From positions 35,167-99,166 of the forward strand of contig JAFWJN010000043.1 of assembly GCA_017514685.1 (NCBI GenBank): DNA of 64,000 nt, written 5' to 3'. Positions 14,938 to 24,166 of the stretch are shown here, piece after piece. The notes beneath the pieces are model-generated. The model worked only from the letters and a program-made list of their open reading frames with translations, had not been told where the DNA came from and searched no databases. A program made the position numbers and the translations under genes. This DNA comes from Clostridia bacterium (lineage in GTDB: Bacteria > Bacillota > Clostridia > Christensenellales > CAG-138). How positions within the stretch are numbered: position 1 is the first letter of the stretch; each line of letters begins with the position of its first letter.

Positions 14938-15073
14938 GTACAGACACAAGAACAAGTATCCCATTAACAAATTAGTTTACTGTCTGCCAAAAACGGGTAA
15001 GGACAGTGCATTATGTCAACTGAACCCGAATTCGATTGGATATATCGTCAGTGCAGGAAAGGAATGGTCATCA

Positions 15074-15676
15074 ATGAGTGAATCAAAAGCACCTGTCATT
15101 CATATTAGCGGAACTGTTACCGAAAAAGCATATACGGACGCTGTACGCGCACATGGAATACGAGCTTTCCTGAAGTTTTCTATCCTCTATATCCTGCTGA
15201 TGTTTCTCTTCCGTTTGGGCGTCGATTTCTACTATTGGTACCCGTATCTGAAAGCGGGTTATGTCACTTTTGCAGAGTACCTGAACGAGACTTTGGGAAC
15301 AATATTTATCCCATCATTAAGCACCTATATCTTAGCAGGATTCATTGTGATCTTTGCTTTGTTTCTGATAATCATTAGACCAAATCAAGAAAAAAAACGT
15401 TTGCACGAACTCGATCCGGACGGTTTTCCTGTGACTTATGATTTTTTTGATGACGTTTTGGTAATCAGTTCGGCCAGCCAAACAGCCGATGAGACTTTCA
15501 GACTGAAGTACTCTGATGTTCAAAAAAGAATCAGAGAAACCAAGTTCGTAATTACGCTATTAACCGGTCAAAGAAACAGGATCGGTCTGTATAAAACAGT
15601 CATGACTCCACAGGAGACGGAACAGGTTCAAAGACTGCTGAAAGAGCGCTGCCCTCAGCGCAAAACGAAAGCGTAA
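15074..15676 (+). CDS. YcxB-like membrane protein
   Basis: Two central TM helices (AFLKFSILYILLMFLF, YILAGFIVIFALFLIII), then a C-terminal domain (FRLKYSDVQKRIRETKFVITLLTGQRNRIGLYK) resembling the YcxB family. Confidence 0.5.
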   Translation: MSESKAPVIHISGTVTEKAYTDAVRAHGIRAFLKFSILYILLMFLFRLGVDFYYWYPYLKAGYVTFAEYLNETLGTIFIPSLSTYILAGFIVIFALFLIIIRPNQEKKRLHELDPDGFPVTYDFFDDVLVISSASQTADETFRLKYSDVQKRIRETKFVITLLTGQRNRIGLYKTVMTPQETEQVQRLLKERCPQRKTKA

Positions 15677-15707
15677 CATAAAAAGTGCGGTTAATTGGAG
15701 AAAGCAT

Positions 15708-16445
15708 ATGCAGGCAAAACCATTGACGCATTACAGCCCTGCCCTTGGTAAGGATATGCATGTGATGATCTACGGCAATGGAGGCATTCCTTTTCTGGCT
15801 TTCCCGACTCAGGACGGTATGTGCCATCAGCTCGAGGATTTTGGTTTCATCGATCAGATCAAAGACTATATTGAGAATGGGCGCATTCAGGTTTTCGTCG
15901 TGGACACGGTGGATTTGGAAAGCTGGTCCGCCAGAGACATCAGCAAAGAAAAACGTGCTGAACGGCAGGAACAGTATTACAGGTATATTGTTGAACAGGT
16001 TATCCCTCTCATGCGGGAACTGAACGATGCACTTCCTTTCGTGATTGGAATGAGCATGGGGGCTGATCATGCAGCAATCACTTTCCTGCGCAGACCTGAT
16101 CTGTTCCGGGGAGTGCTGGCAATGTCGGGAGTATACGACGCAGACTATTTTTTCGACGGTTTTATGAACTCAACCCTGTATGATAACTCGCTGGAACGTT
16201 TTCTGCCGAATATGCCTGCTGATCATCCTTACATCGCTTTATATAACGAGAAGAAAATCATATTCTGCGTGGGACAAGGAGCATGGGAAGAGGACGGTGT
16301 ACGGACGCTTCGTCATTTGCAGCGAGTGTTTGAAAGCAAAGGAATTCATGCCTGGTGCGATTTCTGGGGCTATGATGTCAATCATGACTGGCCATGGTGG
16401 TTCAGACAGATACGCTACTTTATGCCTTTCCTTCTGGACACCTGA
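15708..16445 (+). CDS. Esterase-family alpha/beta hydrolase
   Basis: GMSMG nucleophile elbow. The N-terminus (SPALGKDMHVMIYGNGGIPFLAFPTQDG) is typical of the putative-esterase family. Confidence 0.7.
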   Translation: MQAKPLTHYSPALGKDMHVMIYGNGGIPFLAFPTQDGMCHQLEDFGFIDQIKDYIENGRIQVFVVDTVDLESWSARDISKEKRAERQEQYYRYIVEQVIPLMRELNDALPFVIGMSMGADHAAITFLRRPDLFRGVLAMSGVYDADYFFDGFMNSTLYDNSLERFLPNMPADHPYIALYNEKKIIFCVGQGAWEEDGVRTLRHLQRVFESKGIHAWCDFWGYDVNHDWPWWFRQIRYFMPFLLDT

Positions 16446-16481
16446 TAAACATTCTATTTAATATACAAAGGGAAATACTTC

Positions 16482-17663
16482 ATGAACTTCATATTTATCT
16501 CACCTCATTTTCCACACACTTACTGGCAGTTCTGCGACTGCCTGAAAAAGAACGGCATCAATGTGCTCGGCATTGGTGATTCTCCTTATGACTGTCTCGA
16601 AAACCCGCTCAAGGCTGCGCTGACAGAGTATTACTATGTGAACAGTCTGGAAGATTACGATCAGGTCTATCGTGCCGTGGCATTCTTTGCTTTTAAATAT
16701 GGAAGGATCGACTGGATCGAATCTATGAACGAGTACTGGCTGGAGCAGGATGCCAAACTGCGAAAAGATTTCAATGTGACAACCGGCATTCAGTCAGACC
16801 GCATCGGCTTCATTAAAGAAAAATCTCTGATGAAACAGCTCTATCTGAAGGCGGGGATTCCCACCGCGCAGCAGAGCATTGTTTCCACTAGGGAAGCCGG
16901 ACGGACGTTTGTTGAAAAAGTCGGATATCCGGTCATCGTGAAGCCGAACATCGGCGTAGGCGCAACGAATACATGGAAACTGGAGAATGACTGCGATTTC
17001 GAATCATTCTTTGATAATCTGCCGGAAGCTCCCTACGTGATGGAGGAGTTTATCGAGGGCGTAATTTGTTCCTATGATGCGATACTGGACGCGCAATGTG
17101 AGCCGCTGTTTGAAAGCATGACTGTTTGGCCTCCCGTAATGGATATTGTGAATAAAGACCTTGATCTCATGTACTATACCTGTCCTGAGGTACCGGAAGA
17201 GCTCAGAACTCTGGGACGCAGGACAGTCAAGGCGTTCGGAGTAGACCGGCGCTTTGTGCATTTGGAATTCTTCCGTCTGACGAAAGCCCGCAAGAGTTTG
17301 GGAAAGATCGGCGATTTTGTCGCACTGGAGGTCAATATGCGGCCTGCAGGAGGCTATACGCCGGACATGATGAATTATGCTCATTCAACGAATGTCTACC
17401 AGATCTATGCAGACATGGTAGCATATAACTGTCGCAGACAGGCAGAAGGACCTGAGCATTTCTACTGCGTCTACGCAAGCCGGAAGGATGGGCATGTTTA
17501 TTCGCATAATCATGAAGAGATCATGAACCGATATAGCGGGAATCTTGTAATGCAGGAGGAAATGCCGCCGATGAACTGGCCGCAGATGGGCCGGTACATG
17601 TACACGGCAAAACTTTTGAGCTTTGAAGACGCGGAACAATTCATTCGCTTTGTTCAGGGATAG
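16482..17663 (+). CDS. ATP-grasp domain protein (carboxylate-amine ligase type, substrate unknown)
   Basis: ATP-grasp core: KSLMKQLYLKAGIPTAQ...VGYPVIVKPNIGVGATNTWKL...YVMEEFIEG...ALEVNMRPAGG. Confidence 0.7.
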   Translation: MNFIFISPHFPHTYWQFCDCLKKNGINVLGIGDSPYDCLENPLKAALTEYYYVNSLEDYDQVYRAVAFFAFKYGRIDWIESMNEYWLEQDAKLRKDFNVTTGIQSDRIGFIKEKSLMKQLYLKAGIPTAQQSIVSTREAGRTFVEKVGYPVIVKPNIGVGATNTWKLENDCDFESFFDNLPEAPYVMEEFIEGVICSYDAILDAQCEPLFESMTVWPPVMDIVNKDLDLMYYTCPEVPEELRTLGRRTVKAFGVDRRFVHLEFFRLTKARKSLGKIGDFVALEVNMRPAGGYTPDMMNYAHSTNVYQIYADMVAYNCRRQAEGPEHFYCVYASRKDGHVYSHNHEEIMNRYSGNLVMQEEMPPMNWPQMGRYMYTAKLLSFEDAEQFIRFVQG

Positions 17664-17702
17664 CGAGCATCAAACAGGACAGTTTTTTGACAGCGCTTTT
17701 TT

Positions 17703-17749
17703 GACTTCGGAGAAAGCAGGACACTGTGAATCCGAAGTCCTTGTTTTTC
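17703..17749 (+). terminator. Rho-independent terminator after the ATP-grasp gene
   Basis: GACTTCGGA...TCCGAAGTC stem (19-nt loop) followed by CTTGTTTTTC. Confidence 0.5.
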
Positions 17750-17980
17750 ACTCTTTCGGCAGTGCCACAATCGCTTGTCATCGCCTTACCATTTTCGGGG
17801 AAGGCAGTCGATGGAAAGTTATCCATAGTTTTTCCAAGCAGTTATTCTATCCTCTCGTACCTTAAATCCAGCCCGCTTTTCGATCCTGGACAGGATGCCT
17901 TTTTTGCTTGATTTTACAGTTGGCAGTTGATATACTTCAGAAAAGAGAACAATCACGAGCCTGAACGGAGAATTCATTTC

Positions 17981-18820
17981 ATGCAAACCCTGGGATACTA
18001 TAATGGCAAATTTGGAGAGATTGAGGATATGTCTGTCCCGATGACAGACCGTGCATGCTGGTTCGGTGACGGTGTCTACGACGCGGGACTAAGCCGTGAC
18101 TATCACATGGTCTTTCTGGATGAGCATATTGATCGTTTCTTCCACAGCGCAGAGCTGCTGGAGATTCAGATTCCTGTCAGTAAAAAGGACCTTCATGATC
18201 TGCTTTATGACCTGATCCGTCATCTGGATACCGGAAATCTCATGTTCTATATGCAGGTGACCCGTGGCTCTGATATCAGAAGACATGTTTTCCCGGATTC
18301 TCCCGCCAACCTGTGGATCACGTTCAAACCCATGGAAATGATTGACGGCACAGTGCCGGAGCAGATGATTACTTTGGAAGACACGCGTTTCTTTCATTGC
18401 AACATCAAAACCTTGAACCTGATTCCGTCTGTTATCGCTTCACAGAGAGCTCGGGAAGCCGGATGCAGCGAGGCGGTACTGTACCGTCCCGGAGGGAGGG
18501 TCACGGAAGGAGCTCACAGCAATATTCACATTTTGAGATCCGGGGAATTATGGACCGCGCCGGCTGATAATCTGATTTTGCCCGGCATCGCCCGCGCGCA
18601 TCTCCTTCGTGCCTGCAAAGCGCTGAATATTCCGGTTCACGAGGAACCTTTCACATTAGAGGATCTGTTTTCCGCGGACGAGGTGATCATGACGATATCC
18701 AGTCATCCTTGCTGCCATGCCGATTTCATCGATGGAAAGCCGGTAGGAATGAAGGATGAAAAAACTTTCGAGCAGCTGCGGACGTATCTTATTCATGAGT
18801 TTCTGACGGACGGAAGATAA
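17981..18820 (+). CDS. dat: Class IV aminotransferase, D-amino-acid transaminase-like
   Basis: The ATG at 17981 (MQTLGYYNGKF) is preferred over the upstream alternative start. Matching segments are DRACWFGDGVYD, QVTRG, CNIKTLNLIP (PLP lysine context of D-alanine aminotransferases) and EGAHSN. Confidence 0.7.
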   Translation: MQTLGYYNGKFGEIEDMSVPMTDRACWFGDGVYDAGLSRDYHMVFLDEHIDRFFHSAELLEIQIPVSKKDLHDLLYDLIRHLDTGNLMFYMQVTRGSDIRRHVFPDSPANLWITFKPMEMIDGTVPEQMITLEDTRFFHCNIKTLNLIPSVIASQRAREAGCSEAVLYRPGGRVTEGAHSNIHILRSGELWTAPADNLILPGIARAHLLRACKALNIPVHEEPFTLEDLFSADEVIMTISSHPCCHADFIDGKPVGMKDEKTFEQLRTYLIHEFLTDGR

Positions 18821-18914
18821 ATCGGAAAAGAAAACAGTTTTTTTGCAGCCCGGCAGTCCCTTTGCGAATCGGCCTTTTACTTTTTTAGCAATTTGAATAA
18901 TAGGGTGGTAACGT

Positions 18915-19955
18915 ATGGAAATCATAGAACATGAGTCCTATCCGCAAAGAGTTCTTCAGGACATGACTGCAGCGGTACTGGTGCTGAACCGTAAGGGCTA
19001 TATCAAGTATTTTAACCGGCCTGCGGCAAAACTGCTGGAACTGGATGAATCGATGGAACCGGGAACAACGCGCTTCGGTCTCGTTGCAGGTAATTCGGAA
19101 AATGATGAGTTCAATGAAACGATTCTTGCGGCGCTGTATGAAAAGAAGCAGACTCATACCGGAAAGGTGCGTTACAGATCTCCCTCCGGCAAATTGTATT
19201 ATGTGCACATATCCAGTTCTTTCCTGGACCATCCTGGAGCAGAAAAGGATGAGATCGTCATCACCATCTCGGATGAGACACGGGAAAAGGAACTGCAGCA
19301 GAAGGTTATCGATTCCTCTTCGACTTTTACCACTTTTATCTTCGGCTTCGCTGTCTGGATGCTTATCTATGCTTTGTGGGAATACCTTGGGCGGCCTATC
19401 GCCGCGGATTTCATGACGCATGGCATCGAACTGCTTTCCCTGATCATGCTGTTTTTTATCCTGCACCGCACAAGCCTGACGTGGAAAGATCTCGGAATTC
19501 TGCCGGATAATCCTGCCAAGACGATAAAGACGGCTCTGATTGTAGCGGCCTGCGCTGTCTGCTTTCTCTTCGGCGTTAAAGGAGTTGCAAGACTGATCAA
19601 CCCGAACGCTTTTGAACCGGATGCGCCTTTTTTTGATATCAGCCGGTTTGGATTAAGACAGATTCTGTATGTTCTTACGGCAGGAATACAGGAGTTTTTG
19701 GCCCGGTGTGTCATGCAGGGAAATCTAAAGCGCATTCTTGTCAGCAAACATCGGGGCGCCATGGCGATCATTCTGTCCTCGCTTGTTTTTGCGGCGCTTC
19801 ATATTCACTTTGGATTCTTCTTTATGATCGGTGCAGCGGTGCTGGCAGGATTGGAAGGAATTCTATATGATAAGCAGAATAACATTCTCGGTGTATGGAT
19901 TCTTCACTGGACATTCGGCGTATGCAGTACACTGCTGTGTTTGATTGATCACTGA
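18915..19955 (+). CDS. PAS-like sensor domain fused to a CPBP (CAAX/Abi) intramembrane glutamic endopeptidase domain
   Basis: The N-terminal ~140 aa are PAS-like (VLVLNRKGYIKYFNRPAAKLLELD...YYVHISSSFL). The C-terminal polytopic part carries CPBP motifs (AGIQEFLARCVMQG; SLVFAALHIHFG). Confidence 0.6.
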   Translation: MEIIEHESYPQRVLQDMTAAVLVLNRKGYIKYFNRPAAKLLELDESMEPGTTRFGLVAGNSENDEFNETILAALYEKKQTHTGKVRYRSPSGKLYYVHISSSFLDHPGAEKDEIVITISDETREKELQQKVIDSSSTFTTFIFGFAVWMLIYALWEYLGRPIAADFMTHGIELLSLIMLFFILHRTSLTWKDLGILPDNPAKTIKTALIVAACAVCFLFGVKGVARLINPNAFEPDAPFFDISRFGLRQILYVLTAGIQEFLARCVMQGNLKRILVSKHRGAMAIILSSLVFAALHIHFGFFFMIGAAVLAGLEGILYDKQNNILGVWILHWTFGVCSTLLCLIDH

Positions 19956-20078
19956 TCCGCTGCTCTAGAACAAAGCTGTACTGCAAATGCGATAGTAGCA
20001 ATATTGTCGAAAAACAGTTGATTTCTGTCGAATTGTTTAATAAAATGTATATTGTTACTAAAGAAAGGGAGAATGCTT

Positions 20079-20990
20079 ATGGATAAGGCAATGAAAATGA
20101 TTCGGCGTCACTGCCTGTTCACCATGTTCAGCGCCGCAGTCGTAGTAATCTGTGTCTGCATCGGCGTTACGATGAATCTGACCACGATCTATGATGAAAA
20201 TTTCGATCATATGGGGTTGAGAACGTTTTGCATGTTCACGGTCAATTCCAATATTTTAATGGCGGCAACGATGGCTTTGGTGTTTCCGTATTCCTTGGAC
20301 GGGCTCAGAAAGCATAATTTCCATCTTCCTCGCTGGGTCGTGAACCTTGTTTTTATGGGGGTGACAGGGGTGGCGCTCACATTCCTTGTTTCCCTTTGTG
20401 TCCTGGCTCCGGTAAAAGGTTTCATGTTGATTTTTACAGGATCCAGATTCTTCCTTCATGGATTATGCCCGATACTCGCGATTCTTGCTTTCTGCTTTTT
20501 TATCAGCGAGCAGCGTATCACTTTTTGGGAAACATTCTATACGCTGATCCCTGTTTTCACTTATGCAGTTCTTTACTATGTCATGGTTGTCGTCATCGGG
20601 GAGGAACAGGGCGGCTGGAATGACTTCTATGGCTTTGCTACAAGAATCCCGGTCTGGATCCCCATGGTAGCCATTTTGCCGCTGACCTTTCTCATAGCGA
20701 CGGTCATCCGGGTTCTTCATAATCAGACTTTTGATAAAAGACGGAAAGAGGAAGCAACATATTACAGTGAAGCTTTTGCACATGCGGACATCCGTGAACT
20801 GATAGGAGCCATGGCCAGATTTCATCGTACGATGACTGCGGGAAAAGACATTCTTGTTCCCGGCAGGGTTATCGGCATCATGGTGGACAACAATGAAGGA
20901 GACGCCACATGGGAAGAATGCTGCGGCATCTATCTGAAGGAATACCTGCAAAGCAGCGAAGTGATGGATATCAAAAAGCTTTGGATCTGA
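20079..20990 (+). CDS. Polytopic membrane protein, unknown function
   Basis: AAAGGGAG SD before the ATG at 20079. About 7 hydrophobic segments and a soluble ~85-aa C-terminus. Confidence 0.5.
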   Translation: MDKAMKMIRRHCLFTMFSAAVVVICVCIGVTMNLTTIYDENFDHMGLRTFCMFTVNSNILMAATMALVFPYSLDGLRKHNFHLPRWVVNLVFMGVTGVALTFLVSLCVLAPVKGFMLIFTGSRFFLHGLCPILAILAFCFFISEQRITFWETFYTLIPVFTYAVLYYVMVVVIGEEQGGWNDFYGFATRIPVWIPMVAILPLTFLIATVIRVLHNQTFDKRRKEEATYYSEAFAHADIRELIGAMARFHRTMTAGKDILVPGRVIGIMVDNNEGDATWEECCGIYLKEYLQSSEVMDIKKLWI

Positions 20991-20994
20991 TCCT

Positions 20995-21046
20995 CCTGCA
21001 GCGAGACTGATCAGTCTGGACTCTGCTTTCATGCAGGGTCTTTTTT
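20995..21046 (+). terminator. Terminator-like hairpin with T-run
   Basis: CCTGCA...TGCAGG stem enclosing GACTGATCAGTC, followed by GTCTTTTTTATTATTTTTT. Confidence 0.45.
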
Positions 21047-21068
21047 ATTATTTTTTACACCAGTAAAT

Positions 21069-21083
21069 TGAGAATGATTATCA
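21069..21083. promoter_or_regulatory. Fur-family 7-1-7 box upstream of the regulator/zinc-uptake operon
   Basis: TGAGAAT-G-ATTATCA has one mismatch from the TGATAAT-N-ATTATCA 7-1-7 consensus. It lies just upstream of TTGACA-N17-TATAAT (21091-21119). Confidence 0.55.
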
Positions 21084-21155
21084 AATCTGTTGACAAATCA
21101 TCGCTCGATTCATATAATTGGGAACGGTTCTCATTTTACCAAAGGAGATTATCAA

Positions 21156-21572
21156 ATGAATTCACGCTCCAGATATAAAACAAAACAAAAGGAAACGCTG
21201 CTGCAATACCTGGAAACGATTCCGGGGACACATGTAACTGCCGGAGATGTTTGCGAGCATTTCAAAAAACAGGGGACGACCATCGGTCAATCTACCATTT
21301 ACCGCCAGATGGAAAGTCTTGTGGATGAAGGAATTCTAAATAAATACATCATTGACGGAAACAGCCCGGCGTGCTTTGAGTATGTCAGCCCGGATACTCA
21401 CAGGGAAGCGGAAATCTGTTTTCACTGCAAGTGCGAAAAATGCGGAAAACTGATTCATCTGCATTGCGATGAACTGGAGGAGATACAACTTCATATTTTG
21501 AAGGAGCATTCTTTTAAAGTGGATCCGGTACGGACGGTTTTCTATGGAGTTTGCGATCAGTGCATGGCATAA
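21156..21572 (+). CDS. zur: Fur-family metalloregulator, probably Zur
   Basis: AAAGGAG SD before the ATG at 21156. wHTH region plus CFHCKCEKCG...CDQC structural zinc-site cysteines. It is the first gene of a ZnuABC-like operon. Confidence 0.65.
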   Translation: MNSRSRYKTKQKETLLQYLETIPGTHVTAGDVCEHFKKQGTTIGQSTIYRQMESLVDEGILNKYIIDGNSPACFEYVSPDTHREAEICFHCKCEKCGKLIHLHCDELEEIQLHILKEHSFKVDPVRTVFYGVCDQCMA

Positions 21573-21587
21573 AAGGGTGAAAATGCA

Positions 21588-22571
21588 ATGAAGAAAAAAA
21601 CAATTGCTGCATTTATCGCAGTGATTTTAACCGCTTGTTCCTTATTTGCGTGCGTTTCCAACTCGAATTCGATTTCACATGATAATGGAAAGCTTCGGAT
21701 CGTAACGACCATTTTTCCCGAATACGATTGGGTCATGCAGATATTGGGAGACAATCCGGCGGAGATTGAAGTAACACTTTTGCTGGAAAACGGAGTGGAT
21801 CTTCACAGTTTTCAGCCGGCGGCGAAAGATATTCTTGAGATCTCCACTTGCGATCTTTTCATTTATGTCGGAGGGGAATCCGATCGATGGGTGGAAGATA
21901 CAATAAAAGAGGCAGTCAACCAGGATCTGCTCACCATAAGTCTCCTGGAAACGCTTGGAAGCGCAGCCAAGGAGGAAGAGATCGTGGAAGGGATGCAGGA
22001 GGAAGAGGAAGACGCTGATGAGCATTCCGATGCAGAATATGATGAGCATGTTTGGCTTTCACTGCGGAATGCTGCCAGACTGGTGAGCAAAATTGCAGAT
22101 GCGATTCAGACAATCGACGCTGAACATGCGGAATTGTATCGTGATAATGCAAAAGACTACATACAGAGGTTGGATGCGCTCGATCAGAAGTACAGCTCCA
22201 TGATCCGGGAAGCACATCACAAAACACTGTTGTTCGGGGACCGTTTTCCATTCCGGTATCTGACGGATGATTATGGACTGACATATTATGCGGCTTTTTC
22301 CGGTTGTTCCGCGGAAACAGAAGCCAGTTTTGAAACGATTGCATTTCTTGCGCAGAAAGCAGATGAATTATCTTTACCGGCAATCTTGACGATTGACGGA
22401 ACGGACCGCAGAATTGCAGAGACCATTGCCGGGAATACACGGCAAAAGAGCCTGAACATTCTTACATTAGACTCCATGCAGTCTGTGACGGCAAAAGAGA
22501 TTGAAGACGGAACAACTTACCTCTCCATTATGGAGAACAATCTATACGTATTGAAAGAAGCTTTGCAGTAA
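21588..22571 (+). CDS. znuA: Metal (zinc) ABC transporter substrate-binding lipoprotein, ZnuA/AdcA-like
   Basis: Lipoprotein signal peptide (LTACSLFAC). Cluster A-I SBP pattern with an acidic/His-rich loop (EGMQEEEEDADEHSDAEYDEHVW) typical of zinc-specific members. Confidence 0.75.
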   Translation: MKKKTIAAFIAVILTACSLFACVSNSNSISHDNGKLRIVTTIFPEYDWVMQILGDNPAEIEVTLLLENGVDLHSFQPAAKDILEISTCDLFIYVGGESDRWVEDTIKEAVNQDLLTISLLETLGSAAKEEEIVEGMQEEEEDADEHSDAEYDEHVWLSLRNAARLVSKIADAIQTIDAEHAELYRDNAKDYIQRLDALDQKYSSMIREAHHKTLLFGDRFPFRYLTDDYGLTYYAAFSGCSAETEASFETIAFLAQKADELSLPAILTIDGTDRRIAETIAGNTRQKSLNILTLDSMQSVTAKEIEDGTTYLSIMENNLYVLKEALQ

Positions 22572-22584
22572 ACAGGAGACAACT

Positions 22585-23298
22585 ATGGCTTTACTCACAA
22601 TTCAGGATCTTGCGCTCGGTTATGACGGCCATGTGATAGTGGACAGTTTGAACTTTCACGTGAATGCAGGGGATTATCTTTGCATCGTGGGGGAGAACGG
22701 ATCCGGAAAGACCACGCTTATGAAAGCGCTGCTTCACCTCCAGGAACCGATCAGCGGACAGATCGTAATGGGCGACGGACTGAAACGAAATGAGATCGGG
22801 TATCTTCCTCAGATGACAGTCGTACAGAAAGATTTCCCTGCCTCTGTAAAAGAAATTGTTTTGTCGGGATTTCAGGGCAGGTGCGGATTAAGACCGTTTT
22901 ACAGCCGGGAAGAAAAGCAGATTGCAGATGAAAATATGGAGCGCATGGGCATCAGTAATCTGGGAAAGCATTGTTACAGAGATCTGTCAGGAGGTCAGCA
23001 ACAGAGAGTCCTTCTTGCGAGAGCGTTGTGCGCCACCAGAAAACTTCTGTTACTGGATGAACCGGTCTCCGGCCTTGATCCGAAAGTGACAGCGGAATTA
23101 TACAGCCTGATTGCAGAATTGAATCAGGAGGGGATCACGGTAATCATGATCTCCCATGATATTGCGGCGGCAGTCCGATATGCCAGCCACGTCCTTCATA
23201 TCGGAGGTTCTGTTTTCTTCGGAACCAAGAATGAATATCTGAAAAGTGACATCGGAAGGTTTTATCTGGCGCAGCAGGAGGGGGAGAAGACAGTATGA
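22585..23298 (+). CDS. znuC: Metal ABC transporter ATP-binding protein
   Basis: Walker A GENGSGKTT, signature LSGGQQQR, Walker B LLLLDEP. Confidence 0.85.
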   Translation: MALLTIQDLALGYDGHVIVDSLNFHVNAGDYLCIVGENGSGKTTLMKALLHLQEPISGQIVMGDGLKRNEIGYLPQMTVVQKDFPASVKEIVLSGFQGRCGLRPFYSREEKQIADENMERMGISNLGKHCYRDLSGGQQQRVLLARALCATRKLLLLDEPVSGLDPKVTAELYSLIAELNQEGITVIMISHDIAAAVRYASHVLHIGGSVFFGTKNEYLKSDIGRFYLAQQEGEKTV

Positions 23299-24137
23299 TT
23301 GAAAAACTCATGATGTATCTTCAATATCCATTTGTCAGATATGCGCTGATCGTCGGGATGCTGATCGCACTGTGCTCTTCTTTGCTTGGAGTAACTCTCG
23401 TTCTGAAGCGGTTTTCTTTCATCGGTGATGGATTGTCGCACGTAGCGTTCGGAGCAATCGCGGTGGCCAGTGTCCTGAATCTGTCGAACAATATGATTCT
23501 GGTGCTGCCGGTGACTGTCGTCAGCGCAATTCTCCTGTTAAGAACAGGCCAGAATGCCAGAATCAAGGGAGACGCAGCGATTGCGATGATTTCTGTGGGG
23601 GCGATGGCCTTTGGCTATCTTCTGATGAACCTTTTTTCAACTTCCTCGAATCTTTCGGGAGATGTTTGCAGCACTTTGTTCGGATCCACTTCAATCCTGA
23701 CACTGACAGAGCGGGAAGTCTGGATCTGCATCGTTCTGTCGCTGCTCGTCGTGATTTTCTTTATCCTGTTTTACAACAAGATTTTTGCGGTGACCTTCGA
23801 TGAAAATTTTGCAAAAGCGGTGGGAACCAAAGCGAATTTATACAATCTTCTGATTGCGGTTATTATCGCGGTGATTATTGTTCTTGCCATGAATCTGGTC
23901 GGATCGCTGCTGATTTCAGCACTCGTTATTTTCCCGGCTTTGTCAGCCATGAGACTGTTCAGAAGTTTTAAAACAGTAACGATCTTTTCCGCGGTATTTT
24001 CTGTGATATGCGCAGGTTTGGGAATTGTGATCTCGATCCTCGCCGGCACGCCGGTCGGATCAACGATCGTTGCAGTTGATGCGGCAGCCTTTGGAATTTG
24101 CTGCCTTGCACGACTGATAAAAGGCGCGAGAGCGTGA
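23295..24137 (+). CDS. znuB: Metal ABC transporter permease
   Basis: Polytopic ABC-3 family pattern. Start overlaps the ATPase stop (ATGA). Confidence 0.8.
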   Translation: MIEKLMMYLQYPFVRYALIVGMLIALCSSLLGVTLVLKRFSFIGDGLSHVAFGAIAVASVLNLSNNMILVLPVTVVSAILLLRTGQNARIKGDAAIAMISVGAMAFGYLLMNLFSTSSNLSGDVCSTLFGSTSILTLTEREVWICIVLSLLVVIFFILFYNKIFAVTFDENFAKAVGTKANLYNLLIAVIIAVIIVLAMNLVGSLLISALVIFPALSAMRLFRSFKTVTIFSAVFSVICAGLGIVISILAGTPVGSTIVAVDAAAFGICCLARLIKGARA

Positions 24138-24166
24138 GCGCGTTCTATACTTGAGGTACCAAACCG

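Noticed and set aside
17750-17980. Structured ~230-nt leader upstream of the aminotransferase gene, including a weak hairpin + T-run at 17883-17906. Checked for T-box or riboswitch features.
   Set aside because: I could not find T-box (specifier/T-box sequence) or any riboswitch consensus I know. The hairpin is short (5-6 bp). The call is left open rather than annotated.
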